Part shown: positions 44,449-52,298 of the stretch, piece after piece
Numbering within the stretch: position 1 is the stretch's first letter
Layout: every line of letters starts with the position of its first letter
From: an uncultured Gemmatimonadales bacterium
GTDB lineage: Bacteria; Gemmatimonadota; Gemmatimonadetes; Gemmatimonadales; Gemmatimonadaceae
DNA length: 64,000 bases
Direction: 5' to 3'
Assembly: GCA_963850905.1 (NCBI GenBank)
Contig: CAWKMU010000003.1
Coordinates: 2,464,001-2,528,000 of the forward strand
Position numbers and translations under genes: made by a program
Notes under the pieces: model-generated
Databases searched by the model: none
Seen by the model: the letters and a program-made list of their open reading frames with translations, nothing else
Told to the model about the DNA's origin: nothing

Positions 44449-45516
44449 GTGAAGATCCTGCACGTTGTCGGTGCACGGCCGAACTTCCCGAAGCTCGCGC
44501 CGGTCTATCGTGCGGCAAAAGCGGCGGGGCTGGACCAGATCGTCATGCACACCGGGCCAGCACTACGATGACGCGATGTCCGACGCGTTCTTCCGCGACC
44601 TGGGCATCCGGCCGCCTGATGTCAACCTCGGCGTCGGGTCGGGGACGCACGCGGCAGCAGACCGCGCGCATCATGGAGCGGATCGAGCCGGAGCTGGTGG
44701 AGCATCGCGCCGGACTGGGTGGTCGTCTACGGAGACGTCAATTCCACGGCGGCCGCGGCACTGGTGGCGGTCAAGATCGGCCAGCGGGTGGCACACGTCG
44801 AGGCGGGCGTGCGGAGCCACGACCGGTCGATGCCGGAGGAGGTCAACCGGATCGTCGTCGACCGTCTCGCCGAGCTGCTGCTGACGCCGTCGCGCACGGC
44901 GGACGCGACCCTGCGTGCCGAGGGCGAGCCGGCGGCCGAGATCGCGTTCGTGGGCAACGTCATGGTCGATGCGCTGTTGTTCGCGGTGGAGCGGGCGCGG
45001 GTGACCGGTGCTCGCAAGCGCGTGGGCGCGAGGACGGGGGCGGTCGTGGTGACGCTGCACCGGCCGGCGAACGTGGACGATCTCCGCCTCGAAGGCGATT
45101 CATGGCGCGTTGCGGGCGGTGGCGCGACGATCGGCCGGTCGCTGTTCCCGGTGCACCCGCGCACGCGGGTCGCGGCTCGACGCGGCCGGGCTCGACGCCG
45201 GGGCAGTCAAAGTGATGGAGCCGGTCGGGTATCTCGAGATGCTGGATCTCATGGATGCGGCGCACGCGTTGGTCACGGATTCGGGGGGCCTGCAGGTGGA
45301 GAGTGCGGCGCTCGGCGTGCCGTGTCTGACGGTGCGGGACACGACCGAGTGGCCGGAGACGGTGGCGTGCGGCGCGAACCGGCTGGTCTTCGATCCCGCG
45401 GGCCTGCCGCGTGCCGTGGCAGGCGGTGCGCCGTGTCGCGCAGCCGCCGCGTCCCGAGGGGTGGGACGGGATGGCGGCGGTGCGGGTCGTCGACTGCTGC
45501 TGCGAGGACTCGCTGA
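44449..45516 (+). CDS. wecB: UDP-N-acetylglucosamine 2-epimerase (non-hydrolysing), copy 1 (frameshifted)
   Basis: Motifs [47 protein letters not shown] and TDSGGLQ.E. Confidence 0.88.
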
Positions 45517-46632
45517 TGCGGGATCGAGGCACCGGCCGACTGGCCGCACACTGCGTCTCCTCCACGTCGTCGGCGCGCGGCCCAACATCCGAAGCTGGCG
45601 CCGGTGTACCGCGCGGCGGCAGCGCGCGGGGCTCGGACAGACCGTCGTGCATACGGGTCAGCATTACGATGACGCGTTGTCGGCGGCATTCTTCCGCGAC
45701 CTCGAGCTTGCCGCGGCCCGACATCAACCTCGATGTGGGATCGCACTCGCATGCGGTGCAGACCGCGCGGATGATGGAGCGGCTCGAGCCGGTCATCGCA
45801 GGCCGAGCGTCCCGACTGGGTGGTCGTGTACGGCGATGTGAACTCGACGGTGGCGGCGGCGCTGGTCGCGGCCAAGCTGGGTGTGCCGAGCGCGCACGTC
45901 GAGGCGGGGCTCCGGAGCGGCGACCGGCGGATGCCGGAGGAGATCAATCGGATCATCGCCGACCGGCTGGCGTCGCTTGCTGTTGACGCCGTCGCGAGAT
46001 GCGGATGCAGACGTTGCGGCGCGGAGGGTGAGCCTGGGACAGAGATCGTGTTCGTGGGGAACGTGATGATCGACAGCGTGCTGCACGCGTTGCCGCGGGC
46101 CCGCGTGCTGGAGCCGCGGTGGCGGAGCGACGCACGGCCGGTGGTGGTGACGTTGCATCGTCCGTCGAACGTGGACGATCGCGGCGCGGCTCGCGGCACT
46201 CGCGAGCGCGTTGAGCGCGGTGGCGGCGGAGCGGCAGGTGGTGTTCCCGGCGCACCCGCGGACGCGGGAACGTCTGCGGGCGTGGCGGCGTGGCGATGCC
46301 GGGCGTGACAGTGATCGAACCCGCTGGGCTACCTGGAGATGCTTGCGCTCGTCGATGCGGCGCATGCCGTGATCACGGACTCCGGCGGGCTGCAGGAGGA
46401 GACGACGGTGCTCGGTGTACCGTGCTTCACGGTGCGCGAGACAACGGAGCGGCCGGTCACGGTGCTGGAGGGCACGAACGTGATGGTGCGGGATCCCTCG
46501 GCGCTGCCGGACCTCGTCCGGGCTGCCCGGCGCCCGGATCAGCCGCGTGTGCCCGAGGGGTGGGATGGGCGGGCAGGTGGACGCATCGTCGATGCGCTGC
46601 TCGGCCAGGCCGGAAGGAGCCAGCTACGCTAA
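45516..46632 (+). CDS. wecB: UDP-N-acetylglucosamine 2-epimerase (non-hydrolysing), copy 2 (frameshifted)
   Basis: Motifs [44 protein letters not shown]...GTN and WDG.AG.RI. Confidence 0.88.
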
Positions 46633-46700
46633 TACAGTACTGGCGCGATCGCTCGCACGCATGGCTCCCAGCCGATCGCGACTCGCGGTAATTAGCAGTA

Positions 46701-46774
46701 TGGTCGCGCAGGGACTCGAACCCCGGACCTCTGGTATGTGAGACCAGCGCTCTAACCAGCTGAGCTACGCGACC
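46701..46774 (-). tRNA. tRNA-Val(CAC)
   Basis: Reverse complement GGTCGCGTAGCTCAGCTGGTTAGAGCGCTGGTCTCACATACCAGAGGTCCGGGGTTCGAGTCCCTGCGCGACCA forms a full cloverleaf with anticodon CAC. The final CCA belongs to the acceptor stem plus discriminator, so the 3' CCA is not encoded. Confidence 0.96.
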
Positions 46775-47139
46775 GCGTGTGGAAGTTAACGACGATGACG
46801 AGGCCCAGGCAGATTGGCCCGTCAAAGCTGAACAGCGTGGCACATCAGCGGGCGGATTGCCAAACCGTCTGATTCGGATAAGGACGCACTGACGGGGCTC
46901 CGCGGCCATCGCCCGTTCCGCACCGGCCGCGGACAACGAACCTCACTGTGGAGGCGCGGGAATCCCTGCGGGCACCCGACCTGTGCGGACACGTACATGC
47001 TGTCCGCGAGCCCGATCAACCATGGGAATCGCTCCAATGCGTGCCGAAGCCACTCAGGCCTCTGAACGACTGCACTGAAGTTGCCGCTACCCTGCAAGCC
47101 GCGAGTGGCACCGGAAGCGAAACCCGGCTACCATGCCGC

Positions 47140-48435
47140 ATGGCGCAAACGGGAACCGCCCTCCTCCCGCTGCACTACGGCCGCGTCCCGCCGTGGCTCG
47201 CGACGCGCATGGCAACACTGGGCCGCGTGATCACCGAGGCCATCGTCCTCGAGTACGGGCGCGAGGAGTTCCTGCGGCGTCTCGCGCACCCGGGATGGTT
47301 CCAGGCCTTCGGTGCCGTCATGGGGATGGACTGGCATTCGTCAGGCATCACCACGTCAGTACTCGGCGCGCTCAAACGCGGGCTCGCGCCCGTCCGATGG
47401 GAGCTCGGCGTGCATGTCTGCGGTGGGCGCGGCGCAGAGTCCCGGAAAACGCCCGGCGAGCTACGCGCGATCGGGGATCGCTCGGGCCTGGATGGCGATG
47501 CCCTGGCACGCGCGAGCCGGCTCGTCGCCAAGGTCGATAGCGCCGCCGTGCAGGACGGCTATGACCTCTACCTCCACGGATTCGTCGTCGGCGCGGACGG
47601 GCGATGGGCCGTCGTGCAACAGGGCATGCACGGCGAGGAGCGCATGGCGCGGCGCTACCACTGGCTGAGCGATCGAGCCGTAAACTTCGTCGACGCGCCC
47701 CACGCCGCCATCGACGGCCCGCCTCGGCCGGCCCCGATCGTCAATCTCACCGACTCGAGGGCCGCTGACGCGCGCACAGCACAACTCGCGATCGTGCGAG
47801 AAGGTCCGGATTCGGTCGCACGCGCGGTGCGCACGCACGGACTGGTTTGGCGGAGCAGGGCACCGACACCGAGCCAGGACCAGATCCGACTGCCATTCCA
47901 TCACGACGTGCGTCCCGAGGACATCCTCGGTCAGCGCCTGCACGCGACCGTCGCCGCGGCGCACGAGCGCGGACCTGTCGATTTCGCCGATCTGTTGCTC
48001 GTGCCTGGAGTCGGCGCGCGTACGGTCTTCGCGCTCGCCCTCGTCGGGGAAGTGGTCTACGGTGCACCGAGTCGATTCAGCGACCCCGCCCGCTTCTCGC
48101 TCGCCCATGGCGGGAAGGACGGGCATCCGTATCCGGTGCCGCTACGGGTGTACGACGAGACGATCCGTGTCCTCAAGACGGCTGTTGGGCGGGCCAAGAT
48201 CGGCAACGACGATCGTCTCGCGGCCCTTCGTCGCCTCGACGCGGAAGCGCGCCGCCTGGAGCGCGCTGGAGGAGTAGCTGACGTCGCGGCGTTCATTGCG
48301 GAGGAGCGCAAGGAGTCGCCAGCGCGCGGCGGCATGACGGCCGGTGCCCGCCGGTCGTTAGGCCGAGGGACCAAGGCGGACAATGCCCCCCAGCTGCCCC
48401 TACTCGGCGGGCCAGTCGCTTCGTCCGGCACCTAG
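47140..48435 (+). CDS. DUF763 domain-containing protein
   Basis: Motifs LPLHYGRVPPWL, GMDWHSSGITT, SRLVAKVDSAAVQDG, RRYHW and AHGGKDGHPYPV. HhH-like LLLVPGVGARTV. Confidence 0.85.
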   Translation: MAQTGTALLPLHYGRVPPWLATRMATLGRVITEAIVLEYGREEFLRRLAHPGWFQAFGAVMGMDWHSSGITTSVLGALKRGLAPVRWELGVHVCGGRGAESRKTPGELRAIGDRSGLDGDALARASRLVAKVDSAAVQDGYDLYLHGFVVGADGRWAVVQQGMHGEERMARRYHWLSDRAVNFVDAPHAAIDGPPRPAPIVNLTDSRAADARTAQLAIVREGPDSVARAVRTHGLVWRSRAPTPSQDQIRLPFHHDVRPEDILGQRLHATVAAAHERGPVDFADLLLVPGVGARTVFALALVGEVVYGAPSRFSDPARFSLAHGGKDGHPYPVPLRVYDETIRVLKTAVGRAKIGNDDRLAALRRLDAEARRLERAGGVADVAAFIAEERKESPARGGMTAGARRSLGRGTKADNAPQLPLLGGPVASSGT

Positions 48436-48541
48436 TCCGACGCGCGCGGCCCGGTGCCGCGCTTATTGCGGCGCGACCAACCTTCTCGGGAGAGCCGGAA
48501 GACACTCCAGGGGCCGAGGCCGCCCAATGGGCGGACTGCAA

Positions 48542-48615
48542 TCCGCCCGGCAGGATTCGAACCTGCGACCCCGGAATTATGAGTTCCTTGCTCTAACCAG
48601 CTGAGCTACGGGCGG
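48542..48615 (-). tRNA. tRNA with CAT anticodon (probably tRNA-Ile2; elongator Met not excluded)
   Basis: Reverse complement CCGCCCGTAGCTCAGCTGGTTAGAGCAAGGAACTCATAATTCCGGGGTCGCAGGTTCGAATCCTGCCGGGCGGA forms a cloverleaf. C1:G72 is paired, so it is not initiator-like. CCA is not encoded. Confidence 0.93.
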
Positions 48616-48626
48616 TAAGCTGTTGC

Positions 48627-48635
48627 AGAATAACA
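48627..48635 (-). promoter_or_regulatory. Putative extended -10 (TGtTATTCT) for the tRNA-CAT gene
   Basis: Minus-strand TG-T-TATTCT lies 11 nt upstream of the tRNA 5' end. Confidence 0.45.
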
Positions 48636-49246
48636 GGCGGTCTGGCGCCGCGAAACGCTGGACCCTGCGCCCTGGGACACTTCCTGCGAGCCGAAACCTG
48701 TCGGCTAACTGCGCGCACTGACAAATGTGGCCGAAGCGGCCACGCAGGCTCTTCATGCGGTAACCCGCCCTGTAGGTGCGCGTTGCCGCTCGGACTACTC
48801 GCTTGGAACGTGGTTGCGCAACAACGCCGGCCCAGTCACCGGCCCACGGTTTTTTCCAACCACCCAGCACGAACCACCCTCACCGTGCCTTGCCACCCGG
48901 CCGCCCGCCAGCGTTGCGCTCTTTAATTGACTTCTGAAACCAGCGGCGTTAGATCAGGCCCCGTGAAGAAATCGTAAAGATTCTGTGCAATCCGCTTCGT
49001 CGGTTCTGGGAAGCTGGCGCCGTCGCCTAAGCGCGCTGTGCGCGGCGGCCGTTGGAAGCTGGAGACCCTGACCCTGGAGGTGTGGAGGCTAGAGAGGCCG
49101 CCAAATAATCGATTTGCGTCCGAGTTACTTCGCTCGGGGAGCACGCGGTGGCGTCGGCCCACTCGCGACTCAATGGCTCCCCTGCAACCGGCGCTTCGGC
49201 GCCGGCGATCGGTTGGAAAACCGTCATCCCACGCTAGGGGGGATAC

Positions 49247-52200
49247 ATGGACTTTCGATCAGTCGTCGCAAGGTCTCGCGTTCGCTTAGGCCTCGCGGTC
49301 GTCGCAGTGATGTGCGTTGCGACGACGGCGTTCGGCCAGCAGGAAACGCGAGTTACAGGCCGCGTGGTCGACGCGGCCGACAACGCGCCAGTCCCGGCGG
49401 CACCGATCGTGGTCACCGGGACCACGATCGGAACGAACACATCCGACAGTGGAACGTTCACCCTGCGCCTGCCGGCGGACGTCAGGAGCTTTACGGTCCG
49501 GCGCATCGGCTACCTGGCGCAGACGGTCCCAGTCGCGCCGGGCAAGACCGAGTACGTTGTCGCGCTGCAGAAGGACGTCTTGCGGCTGGAAGCACAGGTC
49601 GTGACCGGCGTGGCCACGACGGTGTCGTCGCAGAACGCCGCCAACGCCGTGTCGGTCGTGACCACCAATGAAGTCAGCGAAGTGCCCTCGCCGACGATGG
49701 AGAATTCGCTCGAGGGCAAGATTCCGAGCGCTGTCGTCGAGAACCTGAACGGTGGCGCTCCGGGGGGCGGCGTGCAGGTGCAGATCCGTGGCGTGACCAC
49801 GATCAACGCGAACGCCGAGCCACTCTACGTCATCGACGGCGTGATCATCAACAACGCGACCGTCAGCGAAGACCAGAATGCGATCTCGCGCGCTGGCGGC
49901 ACCTCTCCCAGCGGCGTGTCCTCGACCGGCGGCGCGCCCAGCTCCGAAGACAACGGCGTCAACCGCATCGCGGACATCAACCCGGATGACATCGAGTCGG
50001 TCGAGGTCCTCAAGGGCGCGTCCGCGTCGGCAATCTATGGCTCCAAGGCGTCAGCCGGCGTCGTCGTCATCACGACGAAGCGCGGCACGACCGGGAAGCC
50101 CAGGTGGACGGTGAGCGGCCAGGTCGGACAGTTCACGGACGCGAACACGATCCCGATGCGGACCTTCCCGACACTGGCGAGTGCGCAGAGCTGGTACCTC
50201 AATGACGTGCAGGCCAAGGACATTGGCGACCCGTCAAAGGTTGCAGCCGATAACGCACTCATCGCATCGGTCTACGGCGGGAACCAGAATTTCCAGAGTC
50301 AGCTCTTCGGCAACAGCCAGGCCGCGTACCAATCCGAGATCTCGGTGAGCGGCACGTCGGGCCAGACGGAGTACTTCGTGTCCGGGCTGTCGAAGTACGA
50401 CAACGGGACCATGCTGAACACAGGCTACAACAAGCAGTCCGTGCGCACGAACGTCACGCAGACGTTCCTGCCCAACATGACAATGTCGGCGAATCTGAAC
50501 TACATCCACGACGTCACGCGGCGCAGCATCTCGGGCAACGACAACAACTCCGTGAGCCCGTACGACGTCTTCTCCTACACGCCGCAACTGATCAACCTCG
50601 ATCACATCAGTCCAGCCGGCGCGTGGGCGTACAATCCCTTCGGCCCCGCCAATCCGTTTGCGGATGCGGATGACATCGATACGCCGCAGGAAGCCAGTCG
50701 ATTCATCGGCGGCGGCAACTTCAGTTGGACGCCCTGGCACACCGAGCACCAGAGCCTCGCGGTGAACCTCGTGGGAGGTGCGGACCTCACGAGCCTCAAC
50801 GACAAGCTGTACGCGCCGCCGACGCTGCAGTTCCAGCAGCAAATAACGACGGGTCTGCCGGGGACGTCGCTGACCAACACGGCGCAGATCAACTACATCA
50901 ACTACTCGGTGAACCTCATTCACCACTACACCGGGCTGTCCTGGCTCGACGCGACCACGTCGGCGGGCTTCGTCCGCGAGCGGCGGTCCCTGTCCAACCC
51001 GGTGACCGTTGGCTATGCCACGCTGGCGGGGGTCAACGCTCCGACGGTTGGCACGGTTACGAGCAACTACTACTACCAGACGGCGGAGCTGGATCAATCG
51101 CTCTATGGGCAGGAGCAGATCATCACCTTGAACAATCGTCTGACGGCGACCGCTGGCGTAACCGGCGAGCGCTCGACGCTCGACGGCGACATCGGAAAGT
51201 TCTATGCCTATCCGCGGTTCTCGGCATCCTATCGACTCCCGGAGTTCGCCCCGAGCGTCCTGGATGAGTTCAAGGTCCGCGCCGCCATCGGCCAGTCCGG
51301 AAACCTGGGAAATTACGGCGCGAAGTACACGCCCTATAACCCGGTGCAGCTCGACCAGCTCGAGGGGATCGCGCGCCCGTCCCTCCTCGGTGACATCAAC
51401 CTGCGCCCGGAAGCCGAGCAGGAAACCGAGCTCGGGTTCGACGCGACGATGCTCAAGTCGCGAGCCGCGTTCTCGTTCACGGTCTACCAGAAGCGGATCA
51501 CCAGCCTGCTGCTCCAGCAGGGTGTCGCGCCGTCTCAGGGCTTCACGAACGACTGGATCAATGGCGGTGAGTTCACGAACCAGGGTATCGAGCTCCAACT
51601 GCAGGCGACGCCGGTCCAGCTGCGCAACGGATTCACCTGGATCGCTTCGACAATGTTCTCACGCAACTACAGCGTCGTGAATAGCCTGCCGGGGAAGGGT
51701 TCACCCTTCACGGTGGGCTCGAACTTTGGCTACGGCGCCGACCTCCTGGCCACAGGCCGATCGGCCACAGAGCTCGTCAATACGTTCTCCAATGCGGCAG
51801 AGCCGGGTGGCTACCAAGTGCAGGTCGGCGACTTCATGCACAGCTTCACCATGAGCTTGAGCAACGAGCTCACGTGGAAGAATATCCGCGTGTACGGACT
51901 CATCGAATGGGACCGCGGCGGCAACGAGATCAATCTGACGCAACAGTACTTCGACACGGGACCGCAGCTTGGCACGGACTCGGCAGCGGTCGTGGCCCGC
52001 AACAACGGGCTCACCGCCGGACAGGAGGTCTACGTCGAGCCCGCAGGCTTCTTCAAGGTTCGCGAGGTCACGGTCAGCTACACGCTGCCCGCCAGGCTGG
52101 TGAACACGATCGGTCTTGGTCACCTGGCGAGCGCTCGGCTCAATGTGAGCGGCTACAACCTGTGGTCCGTCTTCAACTACGCAGGCCTCGATCCCGAGGT

Positions 52201-52297
52201 GAGCGCGTTCGGCAATCAGGCCGTCGGCCGCGGCTACAATGTCACTCCCTATCCGCCGGCGAAGAGCTTGTTCGTCGGCCTCAACCTGGGGCTCTGA
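49247..52297 (+). CDS. susC: SusC/RagA family TonB-dependent outer membrane receptor
   Basis: Signal peptide, N-terminal carboxypeptidase-regulatory-like domain, PLYVIDGV, DINPDDIESVEVLKGASASAIYGSKAS.GVVVITTKRG and C-terminal YP...beta strand. Confidence 0.95.
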   Translation: MDFRSVVARSRVRLGLAVVAVMCVATTAFGQQETRVTGRVVDAADNAPVPAAPIVVTGTTIGTNTSDSGTFTLRLPADVRSFTVRRIGYLAQTVPVAPGKTEYVVALQKDVLRLEAQVVTGVATTVSSQNAANAVSVVTTNEVSEVPSPTMENSLEGKIPSAVVENLNGGAPGGGVQVQIRGVTTINANAEPLYVIDGVIINNATVSEDQNAISRAGGTSPSGVSSTGGAPSSEDNGVNRIADINPDDIESVEVLKGASASAIYGSKASAGVVVITTKRGTTGKPRWTVSGQVGQFTDANTIPMRTFPTLASAQSWYLNDVQAKDIGDPSKVAADNALIASVYGGNQNFQSQLFGNSQAAYQSEISVSGTSGQTEYFVSGLSKYDNGTMLNTGYNKQSVRTNVTQTFLPNMTMSANLNYIHDVTRRSISGNDNNSVSPYDVFSYTPQLINLDHISPAGAWAYNPFGPANPFADADDIDTPQEASRFIGGGNFSWTPWHTEHQSLAVNLVGGADLTSLNDKLYAPPTLQFQQQITTGLPGTSLTNTAQINYINYSVNLIHHYTGLSWLDATTSAGFVRERRSLSNPVTVGYATLAGVNAPTVGTVTSNYYYQTAELDQSLYGQEQIITLNNRLTATAGVTGERSTLDGDIGKFYAYPRFSASYRLPEFAPSVLDEFKVRAAIGQSGNLGNYGAKYTPYNPVQLDQLEGIARPSLLGDINLRPEAEQETELGFDATMLKSRAAFSFTVYQKRITSLLLQQGVAPSQGFTNDWINGGEFTNQGIELQLQATPVQLRNGFTWIASTMFSRNYSVVNSLPGKGSPFTVGSNFGYGADLLATGRSATELVNTFSNAAEPGGYQVQVGDFMHSFTMSLSNELTWKNIRVYGLIEWDRGGNEINLTQQYFDTGPQLGTDSAAVVARNNGLTAGQEVYVEPAGFFKVREVTVSYTLPARLVNTIGLGHLASARLNVSGYNLWSVFNYAGLDPEVSAFGNQAVGRGYNVTPYPPAKSLFVGLNLGL

Positions 52298-52298
52298 C

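Noticed and set aside
46822..47097. 91-aa minus-strand ORF upstream of tRNA-Val
   Set aside because: It has no RBS and no recognisable motif, and it overlaps probable promoter and structured sequence.
46701..48615. tRNA-anchored integrative element or prophage
   Set aside because: I found no integrase, transposase or phage gene, and no duplicated tRNA 3' end.
50234..51598. Long antisense or alternate-frame ORFs (e.g. 50234-51598, 59240-60775, 2824-3858, 19992-20960)
   Set aside because: These are shadows of well-supported genes, expected in high-GC DNA. They are Arg/Ala/Pro-rich with no motifs.
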